A stretch of DNA of 62,816 nucleotides, counting the filler, from Myxococcota bacterium (GTDB taxonomy: Bacteria; Myxococcota; Myxococcia; Myxococcales; Myxococcaceae), in NCBI GenBank assembly GCA_049322255.1. It is 2 parts of 2 records of this genome, joined end to end, with 100 filler letters (N's around TTAATTAATTAA, not from the genome) between each part and the next. Parts side by side here need not be neighbours in the genome. Positions count along the whole stretch, not along the records: positions 1 to 31,500 come from JBMORE010000036.1; 1 more part is not named here. One strand, 5' to 3'. The notes beneath the pieces are model-generated. The model was not told the origin of the DNA. It did no database searches and worked only from the letters and a program-made list of their open reading frames with translations. Position 1 is the first letter of the stretch. Every line of letters starts with the position of its first letter. A program made the translations under genes and the position numbers. Shown here one piece after another: positions 9,935-19,050 of this stretch.

Positions 9935-10165
9935 AAACCTGGCCAGCGAATGGACGCCTGCTGGCTGAAAGCCTCGCCGCCGTCGGCGTGCCCGAGGGCC
10001 ACTTGGTCATGGATTGCCGCCTCGAGCCCAGCGTCTTTCGGGTGCACGCTGACCATCGCCGGTGAAGAGGGAGAAGTGCTCGAGGCCGCTGCGAGAGTGC
10101 ATGGCCACCCGCGAACCGAGCCACCTGCGCCGTGCGTTCGGTACGGCGGAGCCGGCCCCCGCGCC

Positions 10166-10615
10166 TCATTGAAGGGCAGCAAGAGCGCGGCGTTCGATGC
10201 GCGTAAGGCAGTCGACCAGCTGCGGCCGCTTCAGCCGGCCTTCGGTCGCCTCGCCAAGCCCCAAGAGTTGCTCCACCAGCCAGCGGGTGAGGAAGAGGAG
10301 CGCGCGTTTGTCCTCGCTCGCCAAGCCTCTTTCGCGCCAACGCTCATTGCGCATGTATTCATCCACCGCGCGAAGCTCGCGTTGAAGCTCCCAGCGCGCC
10401 AGGGTGAAGGCCTCGCGGTAGACCGTCGCGGCCGGCCGTGCCCGACCCGGCTCGAACAAGGGAGCGAACTGTTGCCCGGTGGCGAGATCCAGCTCGGCCA
10501 CCTCCGGGGGCCAGCGCGCCAGCTCTTGGGTGATGAGCTTGGAGACCTCCTCGAGCAGGTGCTCGACGAGCGGAATTGGCTTGGTGTCGAGCAGGTAGTC
10601 CCAGCGGGAAGCCAC
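10166..10615 (-). CDS. hypothetical alpha-helical protein
   Basis: High-GC3 codon usage from GTG at 10615 (VASRWDYLLDTKP...). Confidence 0.7.
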   Translation of the reverse strand: MASRWDYLLDTKPIPLVEHLLEEVSKLITQELARWPPEVAELDLATGQQFAPLFEPGRARPAATVYREAFTLARWELQRELRAVDEYMRNERWRERGLASEDKRALLFLTRWLVEQLLGLGEATEGRLKRPQLVDCLTRIERRALAALQ

Positions 10616-10626
10616 GCGATAGAACG

Positions 10627-11598
10627 TTAGACAGGTCTCGGCGCGCTGGCGAGCGCGCGCCGAACCAGGGAGACAAAACCGGTGGGGTCGTTCTCGAATC
10701 GCTCGGAAGTGACCTTCACCACCCGCCAGCCAGCCACCGAAAGCTCGGACTCTTGCACCTCGGTGAGCTCGAATTTTCCATGCCGTCGATGGACGCCGCC
10801 ACCCTTGCACCAGAGCGCGATGCGCTTGGCCGGCCAAGCGAAGTCCACCTCCGCCAGGAACCGCTCGTTTTCCACCACCCGGTAGTGGGCGGCCGGCCGG
10901 GGCAACTCGGTCGCTTCCAGCACGACCCGCACTTCACGTTCGAAATCGCTGTCGAGCTTTTCCCTTTGCGGCGAGCGCCGGGAAAGCAGACCCAAGAGCA
11001 CCTCGAGACCCGGTCGCCCCCTGGTCGAGAGCCGGCGACATTCCTTGCGAATCCACCCCGCGTCGAGCTGGCCGTACTTCGCCAGTGCCGAATCGAGCGC
11101 TTTCGCTAGCCGGTGCTCGTCCCAGATCGCCGCGAGGTCGATGAGGGTGCGCGGCAGACTCGTCACCGGAATTCCAAAGCGTTTCGTCCGGTCTTTCGCC
11201 TCGAGTGTCCTCGAGCGGTGCACCACCACTCCGACGGCGGCGAGGTTTTGCGCAACAGGCACGAGGAGATGAATCTCGCTGCCTTCACCACCGTACGCCC
11301 GGTCGAATCCCCACAGCCGAGCGGCGCTCGACCCGCACAGCATCGCCTCGGAGCCCGCCCACAAGCAGGCGGACATCAGCCGCTGCTCTTTCGTTTCCGG
11401 AGCGCCAGCGAAGCGATACACCCGTGGTCGAACGCGCTGCCAACGTCCGCTCTTCACCCTTCGACCAACCGCATGCTTGTCGAGCCCCGCTCGCACTGCC
11501 TGCCAATACGAAATTACCCCGTGCTGGCTCGCCGCCACTCTCGCGAGGCGTCCATCGGGCCCTTCTGTGTAGTTCCAGTCGTGGAATTCGCTGCTCAC
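10627..11598 (-). CDS. AbiEi-family HTH protein fused to a DUF559/Vsr-like PD-(D/E)XK domain
   Basis: AASQHGVISYWQAVRAGL...GRWQRVRPRVYRF (AbiEi N-terminus), GIPVTSLPRTLIDLA, EVDFAWP...AGWRVVKVT; start approximate. Confidence 0.85.
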   Translation of the reverse strand: MSSEFHDWNYTEGPDGRLARVAASQHGVISYWQAVRAGLDKHAVGRRVKSGRWQRVRPRVYRFAGAPETKEQRLMSACLWAGSEAMLCGSSAARLWGFDRAYGGEGSEIHLLVPVAQNLAAVGVVVHRSRTLEAKDRTKRFGIPVTSLPRTLIDLAAIWDEHRLAKALDSALAKYGQLDAGWIRKECRRLSTRGRPGLEVLLGLLSRRSPQREKLDSDFEREVRVVLEATELPRPAAHYRVVENERFLAEVDFAWPAKRIALWCKGGGVHRRHGKFELTEVQESELSVAGWRVVKVTSERFENDPTGFVSLVRRALASAPRPV

Positions 11599-11626
11599 GC
11601 TACACAGAAAGCATGCGGGCCTGACA

Positions 11627-12430
11627 CTACTTGAGCGGGACGGCGGAGAGGCGCGGGGCAGGGGGAGCCTCGCCGTAGCCGAGCGCCAGCTCACGGCGGA
11701 TGACCTCGTACACTGAGCGCTTGAGCACGAGATCGCGGTGGGAGACCCCGGCGATTTCGATGTTGAAGAGGTTGCCGGTGCGGTTGTCCTCGAGGATGCA
11801 GGAGGGGAAGGGGTTCACCTTGTCCGCCTTCGAGTAGATGGAGACGAAGCGTACCTGGCGCGGGAAGGCTCCAATCTTCAGCCGGCGGATGAAGGGTGAC
11901 ATCGGCGTCATCTGCCACACGCTGCGCGAGACCAGCCCGTGGGTGAGGACCCCGAGGTACGCCGTGGGCGAGCCCTGGTGGGGGGTGCCCAGGGTGATGA
12001 GGTTGGCCACCCGCTGATCTCCGCCAAGCCGCTTGACGTAGTAGCGCCCGATGAGACCGCCCTTGGAGTGCCCGATGATCGACAAGGGGCCCATCTGGGG
12101 GAAGCGGGTGTAGAGCCGCTCCACCTTGTCCCGCACCTTCTCCGCGCACTCGTCGACCCCGCGGGTGTTGAAGGCGTCGAAGAGCCCCCCCAGGTTGATC
12201 GACCACACGCAGAACTGGTCGCGCCGGAGCCGCCGCTCGAGCACCTCGAAGGAGCGGCGCGTGGCCATGAAGCCGTACAACAGAAGCACCGGCCGCGGGC
12301 AGTTGGTGAAGTCGGTACGGCGGACGATGTCATTGCCCCGCCGGTCGAAGTCCACATAGCCGCGCAGGTCGGCCAGCTGCCGCTTCAGCTTCCGGTACTG
12401 AAGAAGGAACGGGTTCATCGACGATGTCAC
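11627..12430 (-). CDS. alpha/beta hydrolase (lipase/esterase)
   Basis: PVLLLYGF, GHSKGG nucleophile elbow, LITLGTPHQGS, SIYSKAD, VSH. Confidence 0.9.
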   Translation of the reverse strand: MTSSMNPFLLQYRKLKRQLADLRGYVDFDRRGNDIVRRTDFTNCPRPVLLLYGFMATRRSFEVLERRLRRDQFCVWSINLGGLFDAFNTRGVDECAEKVRDKVERLYTRFPQMGPLSIIGHSKGGLIGRYYVKRLGGDQRVANLITLGTPHQGSPTAYLGVLTHGLVSRSVWQMTPMSPFIRRLKIGAFPRQVRFVSIYSKADKVNPFPSCILEDNRTGNLFNIEIAGVSHRDLVLKRSVYEVIRRELALGYGEAPPAPRLSAVPLK

Positions 12431-12527
12431 CGGCCCGGAATGACGACCTCATGATAGTCCCCGCCCCTTTGGCCCCCCAAGCCTCACGGTGAGGATTTTT
12501 CGGCGTGCTGCGTCATCGAGCCGCCGC

Positions 12528-13262
12528 TCAACCGAAGCGCTCGAGGAAATTCCGCAAGAGGGTGAGGCCGTGTGGGGTAGGGCAGAGGCCGGCGAGGAGG
12601 CTTCGCACCCTCTCCCCCCGCGCGCCCCCCCGAGCGGTCCACTCCTCCTCGAGGAGGGCTGCCCGGGAATCGATGAGGGCGAGCATCGCGGTCACCGGCG
12701 CTTCGGGGTGGAACTGCACCGCGCGCACGTAGTCGCCCACGCCGAACGCCTGCACCGAGGTGTTGGTGTTGGTCGCCAAAAGCGTCGCCGCCGTCGGCAG
12801 GCGCTCGGCGATGTCCTGGTGGGTCGCTTGCACCGTCAGGCGCTTGGGAAGCCCGGCGAACAGCCGATCGGAAGAGCCCTCGGCGGTGAGGTCGACCTCG
12901 ATGGTGCCCACCTCGCGACCCAAAGGGTTTCGCACCACGCGTGTCCCGTAGGCGAAGGCGAGCAGTTGATGGCCGAAGCACACCCCGAGCACGGGCTTTC
13001 GTCGCTCCCCGGCCTCCCGCATGAAGTCGGCGGCGCGGCGCATCCACTCCGCGGGTTGGGTCACCGACTGGGGCGAGCCGGTCATCAGCACCGCGTCGTA
13101 GCTGGACACGTCGGGCAGGCGCTGGTTTCGGTGGGCGTGCACCACGTGAAGCCGGGCGAGCCCAGGGGGCAGGGCCAGCTGAAACCAGCGCTCGTAGTCA
13201 CCCGCGCGCAGGCGAATGGGGTTGGCGGCGTCGCCTGCCTTCAAGATCAGAACGTCACGCAT
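12528..13262 (-). CDS. class I glutamine amidotransferase-like protein (probable gamma-glutamyl hydrolase)
   Basis: PVLGVCFGHQLLA and VQFHPE triad motifs. Confidence 0.92.
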   Translation of the reverse strand: MRDVLILKAGDAANPIRLRAGDYERWFQLALPPGLARLHVVHAHRNQRLPDVSSYDAVLMTGSPQSVTQPAEWMRRAADFMREAGERRKPVLGVCFGHQLLAFAYGTRVVRNPLGREVGTIEVDLTAEGSSDRLFAGLPKRLTVQATHQDIAERLPTAATLLATNTNTSVQAFGVGDYVRAVQFHPEAPVTAMLALIDSRAALLEEEWTARGGARGERVRSLLAGLCPTPHGLTLLRNFLERFG

Positions 13263-13328
13263 GCTCGTGGTTGCTCCACCTGTGGGCCCTGCTTAGAGTC
13301 CTTCGCCACTTTTGCCGCAGGACTAAAG

Positions 13329-14810
13329 ATGATCGACCCGCACAGCCTCACGCCCAAGCTCCCCGCACTCAAGCTGCTCATCGACGGCAAGCACGTCGCC
13401 CCCGCGGACGGGGGGACGCTTCTGGTCCTCAACCCGGCAACCGGGGAGAAAATCTGTGACGCTCCGGCCGCCGGCGCACGCGACATCGACCTGGCGGTGA
13501 AAGCCGCCCGCAAGGCCTTCGAGGAGGGACCGTGGCGCAAGCTTTCGCCCACCGCCCGGGGCCGAGCCATCCGCAAGCTCTCCGAGCTGGTGTGGGAGCG
13601 TCGCGAGGAGCTGGCGCTCTTGGAGTCGATGAACAACGGCAAGACCTTTCGCGAGGCGGTGCAGGGCGACGTGGCGCCGGCGGCGGTGACCCTCGCCTAC
13701 TATGCCGACTGGGCGAACAAAATCACTGGCGAGGTGCTCCCGGTGAGCGGGCCCTTCCACACCTACGCGCTCAAGGAACCGGTGGGCGTGGTGGGCGCGA
13801 TCGTGCCGTGGAACTACCCGAGCTGCCTGGCGGCGTGGAAGCTGGGCCCCGCGCTGGCCGCCGGCTGCACCGTGGTGCTCAAGCCCTCCGAGTACACGCC
13901 GCTCACCGCGATGCGATTGGGCGAGCTGGCGCTGGAGGCGGGGATTCCGCCGGGGGTGCTCAACGTGGTGCCCGGGTTGGGTGACCCCGCCGGTGAGGCG
14001 CTCGCCCGCCACGCCGAGGTGGACAAGATCAGCTTCACGGGTTCGGCGCGCACCGCGCGCAGGCTCCTCCACGCCTCGGCGGACACCAACTTGAAGAAGC
14101 TCTCGCTCGAGCTGGGGGGAAAGAGCCCGCAGATTGTCCTGCCCGACGCTGATTATGCGCAGGCGATCGAGGCATGCTTCTGGGGCATCTTCGGCAACAA
14201 GGGCGAAATCTGTAACGCCGGCTCGCGGGTGCTGGTGCACGAGAAGGCGTACGACGAGTTCGTCGGCCAGCTCGCCGAGCGCGCCAAGAAGATGAAGGTG
14301 GGCGACCCGCTCGACCCCGCGACCGAGATGGGCTCCCAGGTGAGCGCGCGCCAGCTGCAGACAGTGCTCGGTTACATCGAGAGCGGCAAGGCGCAAGGAG
14401 CCAAGGTGCTGGCGGGCGGGGAGCGCGACACCGAAGGCGCCAAGGCCAGAGGTAATTTCGTCAAGCCCACCGTCTTCTCCGAGGTGAAGCCGCAGATGAA
14501 GATTGCGCAGGAGGAGATTTTCGGTCCGGTGCTCTCCTGCCTGCGCTTTGCGGACGAGGCCGAGGCGCTGGAGATCGCCAACGGCACCCCCTACGGGCTG
14601 GCGGCGGCGATCTGGACCCGTGACGTGGCCAAGGCGCACGCGCTGGCCAAGCGGGTGAAGAGCGGGGTGGTGTGGATCAACTGCTTCAGTGAGTTCGACG
14701 ACGCCGCGCCGTTCGGCGGGTACAAGGAGTCGGGCTGGGGGCGCGATCTCTCGCCCCACGCGCTCGACAACTACCTGCAGCTCAAAGCGGTGTGGACCAA
14801 GCTTCCTTAA
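13329..14810 (+). CDS. aldehyde dehydrogenase
   Basis: IVPWNYP, FTGS, LELGGKSP, GEICNAGSR, EEIFGP and PFGGYKESG motifs. Confidence 0.97.
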   Translation: MIDPHSLTPKLPALKLLIDGKHVAPADGGTLLVLNPATGEKICDAPAAGARDIDLAVKAARKAFEEGPWRKLSPTARGRAIRKLSELVWERREELALLESMNNGKTFREAVQGDVAPAAVTLAYYADWANKITGEVLPVSGPFHTYALKEPVGVVGAIVPWNYPSCLAAWKLGPALAAGCTVVLKPSEYTPLTAMRLGELALEAGIPPGVLNVVPGLGDPAGEALARHAEVDKISFTGSARTARRLLHASADTNLKKLSLELGGKSPQIVLPDADYAQAIEACFWGIFGNKGEICNAGSRVLVHEKAYDEFVGQLAERAKKMKVGDPLDPATEMGSQVSARQLQTVLGYIESGKAQGAKVLAGGERDTEGAKARGNFVKPTVFSEVKPQMKIAQEEIFGPVLSCLRFADEAEALEIANGTPYGLAAAIWTRDVAKAHALAKRVKSGVVWINCFSEFDDAAPFGGYKESGWGRDLSPHALDNYLQLKAVWTKLP

Positions 14811-14822
14811 GTAGGAGGGCTG

Positions 14823-16232
14823 ATGGCACGCGCGGTGGCCAAGGTGAGCAAGAAGAACAAAGAGCAGCTTCGTGAGCCGGCGGGGCTGGATGAGCTCGAG
14901 CATTGGATTGCCAAAGAAGGCGTCACCAAGGCCAAGGTCGGCGCGGTGGACATCGACGGGGTGTGGCGGGGCAAGTACATCTCCCTCGACAAGCTCCGTT
15001 CCGCGGCCAAGGGCGGGCTGGGGTTTTGCGACGTGGTCTTCGGCTGGGACGTGGCCGACGAGCTGTACGACAACGCCCAAGTCACCGGCTGGCACACCGG
15101 CTACCCCGACGCCACCGCGCGGGTCGACCTGTCCACCGCGCGCCGCATCCCCTGGGAGCCGGACACCGCCGCCTTCCTGCTCGACTTCGTCAACTCCGAT
15201 GGCTCGCCGTACGAGGCTTCGCCGCGGCAGCTGCTCCAGAAGGTGGGGCGCAGGGCGCGCCAGCTGGGCTTTCTGCCCCGCTTCGGCGCCGAGTACGAGT
15301 ACTTCATCTTCCGCGAGACGCCGCAGTCGTTGCACCAGAAGGGTTTTCGCAACCTCGAGCCGCTCACCCCGGGGATGTTCGGCTACTCCTGGCTGCGCTC
15401 CTCGGCCAACGCCACCCTGGTGCATGCCATCGTCGACGGGTGCAACGCCTTTGGCATCGAGGTCGAAGGCATGCACACCGAGACCGGCCCGGGCGTCTAC
15501 GAGACGGCGATTCGCTACGACGATTTGGAAAAGGCGGCCGACCGCGCGGTGCTGTTCAAGACGGTGGTCAAGGAGGTCTGCGCGCGCCATGGGCTCACCG
15601 CCTGCTTCATGGCCAAGCACAACCCCAAGCTGCCGGGGTGCTCGGGTCACGTGCACCAATCGTTGTGGGACGCGAAGGGGGAGAAGAACCTCTTCTTCGA
15701 TGAGGAGGCGCCGCATCAGATGAGCGAGGTGATGCGCCATTACATTGGCGGGCAAATCACCCTGATGCCCGAGCTCACCGCGCTCTATTGGCCGACCATC
15801 AACAGCTACAAGCGCAGCGTGGAGAACACCTGGGCGCCCACCACCGCGACCTGGGGCATCGAGAATCGCACCACCGCGGTGCGGGTGATTGGCGACTCGG
15901 CGAAATCGATGCGCATCGAGTACCGCCAGCTGGGCGCCGACATGAACGCCTACGTGGGGATGGCGGCGTCGCTCGCCGCTGGGCTGTGGGGCATCGAGAA
16001 CGAGGTCGAGCCGCCCCCGCCCTGCGCGGGCAACGGCTACCAGGCGAAGGCCGCTCCGCTGCCGCGCTCGCTCAAGGACGCGGTGAAGCTCCTCGAGTCC
16101 TCCAAACGGGCGCGCTCGCTCTTGGGCGAGGGTTTCGTCGACCACTACCTGCGGACCCGCGAGTGGGAAGTGCGGCAGTTCGAGCGAGCGGTCACCACTT
16201 GGGAGCTCGAGCGGTATCTGGAGCTCATCTAG
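14823..16232 (+). CDS. glutamine synthetase-like gamma-glutamyl-amine ligase (PuuA/GlnA4-like)
   Basis: GAEYEY, HTETGPGVYE, FMAK...GCSGHVHQSLW, NSYKR, WGIENRT, RIEYR motifs; amine-catabolism gene context. Confidence 0.92.
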   Translation: MARAVAKVSKKNKEQLREPAGLDELEHWIAKEGVTKAKVGAVDIDGVWRGKYISLDKLRSAAKGGLGFCDVVFGWDVADELYDNAQVTGWHTGYPDATARVDLSTARRIPWEPDTAAFLLDFVNSDGSPYEASPRQLLQKVGRRARQLGFLPRFGAEYEYFIFRETPQSLHQKGFRNLEPLTPGMFGYSWLRSSANATLVHAIVDGCNAFGIEVEGMHTETGPGVYETAIRYDDLEKAADRAVLFKTVVKEVCARHGLTACFMAKHNPKLPGCSGHVHQSLWDAKGEKNLFFDEEAPHQMSEVMRHYIGGQITLMPELTALYWPTINSYKRSVENTWAPTTATWGIENRTTAVRVIGDSAKSMRIEYRQLGADMNAYVGMAASLAAGLWGIENEVEPPPPCAGNGYQAKAAPLPRSLKDAVKLLESSKRARSLLGEGFVDHYLRTREWEVRQFERAVTTWELERYLELI

Positions 16233-16240
16233 AGGAAGCG

Positions 16241-17425
16241 ATGAAACACTTCGACATGCCGATCGAGCTGTCCATCACCGAGATGTCGTGGCCGACGAAG
16301 ATTGTGCTGGGGCCCGGCGCGCTCCGGCGCGCTCCGGCGCAGGTGGAGCGGCTGAAGATGAAGCGCCCCCTGGTGGTGACCGACGCTGGGGTGGTGAAGG
16401 CCGGACTGACTGCGAAGCTTTTCGAAGTGCTGAAGGAGGCAGGGGTCGCCTTCGAGGTCTTCGACCAGGTGCAACCCAACCCCACCGAGAAGGACGCCTT
16501 CGAGGGGCTTGCGCGCTTTCGGGAGACGAAGTGCGACGGGTTCATCGCCCTCGGTGGAGGCAGCCCGCTCGACGCCGCCAAGCTGGTGCAGCTTTTGGTG
16601 ACGCACGAGCCGCCGCTGTCGCGCTACGACGACGCCAAGGGTGGCGACATGCTCGTGCGCGACGACATGCCGCCGCTCATCGCCATTCCCACCACCGCGG
16701 GCACCGGCTCGGAGGTGAGCCGCTCGGGGGTGGCAACGCTTGCGGACACGGGGAGAAAGACGGTCATCTTCAGCCCGTTCCTGCTGCCGAAGGCGGCGAT
16801 CTGCGATCCGGAGCTGACGTTGGGGCTCCCACCGGGAACGACGGCAGCCACGGGCATGGACGCGTTCACTCACTGCCTCGAGGCGTACGTGGCAAGCGGC
16901 TTTCATCCTCTGGCCGACGCGGTGGCCATCGACGGCATCGCTCGGGTGGCGCGCTCGTTGCCCACCGCAGTGAAGGAGGGCGGCGACTTGCATGCGCGCA
17001 CCGACATGATGGTGGCGGCGATGCAGGGCGCGATGGCGTTTCAAAAAGGGCTGGGGGCGGCGCACGCGCTGGCGCACGCGCTCACTCCCATCAGCGGCGT
17101 GCACCACGGGTTGGCCAACGCCATCGTCCTGCCCGCGGTGATGGAGTTCAACCGCGCCTCGAGCACTGCCCGGCTGGCGCGGGTGGCGGTGGCGATGGGC
17201 GACAACTCACTGTCACGGCAAGAGGTGCTCGCCGGCATCGCCATCGACCGGGTGCGCAAGCTCAACGAGACGATTGGTATTCCCGCACGGCTGCGCGAGG
17301 CAGGGGTGAAGGAGGCCGACCTGCCGCGCATCACCGAGAAGGCGTTCGAGGACGCCTCGCACCTGACCAATCCCCGGAAGTGCGAGCAGGAGGACCTTCT
17401 GGCGATCGCCCGCGCGGCTTTTTAA
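16241..17425 (+). CDS. iron-containing alcohol dehydrogenase
   Basis: GGGSPLDAAK, IPTTAGTGSE, DAFTHCLEA, HALAH and HHGLANA motifs. Confidence 0.96.
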   Translation: MKHFDMPIELSITEMSWPTKIVLGPGALRRAPAQVERLKMKRPLVVTDAGVVKAGLTAKLFEVLKEAGVAFEVFDQVQPNPTEKDAFEGLARFRETKCDGFIALGGGSPLDAAKLVQLLVTHEPPLSRYDDAKGGDMLVRDDMPPLIAIPTTAGTGSEVSRSGVATLADTGRKTVIFSPFLLPKAAICDPELTLGLPPGTTAATGMDAFTHCLEAYVASGFHPLADAVAIDGIARVARSLPTAVKEGGDLHARTDMMVAAMQGAMAFQKGLGAAHALAHALTPISGVHHGLANAIVLPAVMEFNRASSTARLARVAVAMGDNSLSRQEVLAGIAIDRVRKLNETIGIPARLREAGVKEADLPRITEKAFEDASHLTNPRKCEQEDLLAIARAAF

Positions 17426-17889
17426 TGCAGCACGCGGGGGAAGCGCGGGAAGGTCACCGAGCTGGAGGGGCCGTTGCCCAGCCGTGCTCGCACTTGCTTG
17501 GCGTCGTCGAGCAGGCGCTGCACGTTGATGCCCAGGTGGGGCGAGGGGTATTTGGCCAACAGCTGAGCTGCGCGCCCCAAGAGGGTGACCGCTCCGGTGA
17601 GGTTGTTGCGCTGCACGTGGCAATAGGCGGCGGCAACCTGGGTGAGGCCTTTCCAGAAGTCGCGGTCCCGCTGCGCCACGTCCTCGAGCTTCCAGATGTG
17701 CTCGAAGAACTCGTGCGCTTCGAAGAAGCGTTGCTCCTCGAACAGCGGGACGGCGATGTCGAGGGCAGCGGAGGTGCTGGAGATCGTTTCGTCGGGTACC
17801 CGCCGCTTGGGCATCTGGTCGGCAGCTCCCTTGGGTAGTGGACGGCCGAGTGGGTCACGCGGGTGCAGGAAGTGATGGTCGGCGTGCAT
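17422..17889 (-). CDS. DUF309 domain protein
   Basis: FFEAHEFFEHIWK and KGLTQVAAAYCH motifs; GGAGGAG ribosome-binding site upstream. Confidence 0.88.
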   Translation of the reverse strand: MHADHHFLHPRDPLGRPLPKGAADQMPKRRVPDETISSTSAALDIAVPLFEEQRFFEAHEFFEHIWKLEDVAQRDRDFWKGLTQVAAAYCHVQRNNLTGAVTLLGRAAQLLAKYPSPHLGINVQRLLDDAKQVRARLGNGPSSSVTFPRFPRVLH

Positions 17890-17930
17890 GGAATTCTCCT
17901 CCGACCAATGTGGGAGCGACGCCCCGCCGG

Positions 17931-18095
17931 CTCAAGGCCTGCGGTAGATGAAGACCTGCGGNNNNNNNNNNNNNNNNNNNNNNNNNNNNNNNNNNNNNNN
18001 NNNNNNNNNNNNNNNNNNNNNNNNNNNNNNNNNNNNNNNNNNNNNNNNNNNNNNNNNNNNNCCTGCGGTAGATGAAGACCTGCGGCGTCTCGTCG
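17931..18095. repeat. left direct repeat, a copy of the 3' end of the glycosyltransferase gene (interrupted by the scaffold gap)
   Basis: After merging the 24-nt overlap across the N gap: CTCAAGGCCTGCGGTAGATGAAGACCTGCGGCGTCTCGTCG, which matches 20350..20390 at 38 of 41 positions. Confidence 0.85.
17962..18061. other. 100-N scaffold gap, probably closable
   Basis: The identical 24-mer CCTGCGGTAGATGAAGACCTGCGG lies on both sides (17938-17961 and 18062-18085). Confidence 0.9.
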
Positions 18096-18135
18096 GCGCA
18101 CTCCCCTCGGGGGGCGCACGACGAAGGGAGACCTT

Positions 18136-18942
18136 TCACGCAACGGGGCGAGCGCGCAGCCAGCGCCGCTCGAACGACCGCGCCATTCGCTCGAGATGTG
18201 CTCGAGACAGGACGCAGTCGATGTCCGCCCGTTCGCTGGGAGCGATCATCAACCCCAAGCGCGACTTGCGATCCTCGGCGTCGTACAGCACGGTCTCGAT
18301 GGCGAAGTCGAAGAACATCGGCTTCAGCTGACGCACCTGGAGCAGCTCGCTTCGTGGCGCAAGCTCGAACAATGCACGCGCTCGCCGGCGCAGCGTCAAG
18401 CTGTCCGGAATCAAGTAGCGGTACTTCACCCCTCGGGCGAGGTTCGCCCGGACGAGTTCTCTCACCGCGGCGACGTTGAGCTCGAGATTCAAGTCGGGGG
18501 TCACCACCCAGACGTTCCTCGCTCTGCCTTCGAAGGCAATCTTCTGCTCCAAGCTCCACACCAGCTGCAGCCGGCTCGCCCGCAGCATCGCAGCGATGCG
18601 TTGCCGATGTTGCTCCAGCTCGCCGGCTATCTCATCGACCGACACTTGTAGGCGATTTCGTAACCCAACGTGCTCGTCCGCGAGGTCCTCGAGCAGTTGC
18701 CGCTCACGCGCCCCGCCCATGTCGCGCTCCGCGAGGTCCCTCAACACGATCTCCTCGACGGCGAAGGTCACGGCCATTCGCCGGCGCAGCTCGGGCGACG
18801 GAAAGGCGGTGCCCCGTTCGATGCGGGAGATCAGCGCGTTGCCTTTGAGCCCGACCGCCTTGGCCAGCGCGGCCTGTGTCAGGCGACGGTCCAGACGCAG
18901 TGACTGAAGGTACTGTCCGAAGGTGCTCTTTCTTCCGATCAT
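18136..18942 (-). CDS. XRE-family HTH transcriptional regulator with a coiled coil and a C-terminal PLD/TrmB-like domain
   Basis: LTQAALAKAVGLKGNALISRIERG helix-turn-helix; NVWVVTPD...NLARGVKYRYLIP. Confidence 0.85.
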   Translation of the reverse strand: MIGRKSTFGQYLQSLRLDRRLTQAALAKAVGLKGNALISRIERGTAFPSPELRRRMAVTFAVEEIVLRDLAERDMGGARERQLLEDLADEHVGLRNRLQVSVDEIAGELEQHRQRIAAMLRASRLQLVWSLEQKIAFEGRARNVWVVTPDLNLELNVAAVRELVRANLARGVKYRYLIPDSLTLRRRARALFELAPRSELLQVRQLKPMFFDFAIETVLYDAEDRKSRLGLMIAPSERADIDCVLSRAHLERMARSFERRWLRARPVA

Positions 18943-19050
18943 CCGCTAAGTCATAACATGACCACTTATGACTTGAAGAGACATCGGGGCGAATCCAAGC
19001 TCGAGTGTGTCTGGGTGCGGCCGGCGCACGGAGGCAGTGAGGAATTCTCC

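Noticed and set aside
9935..10165. Possible small gene or remnant between convergent genes
   Set aside because: A short gene-like frame exists but has no start, ribosome-binding site or recognisable motif.
13323..16145. Long antisense ORFs (940 aa here; also 5768..7483, 40606..42285, 58037..59758)
   Set aside because: Shadow frames of high-GC genes with no recognisable motifs; the opposite strand has clear family signatures.
17938..18085. The 24-mer on both sides of the N gap as a CRISPR or tandem array
   Set aside because: Best explained as overlapping contig ends; merged, it reconstitutes one copy of the GT 3' end. No spacers or cas genes are visible.
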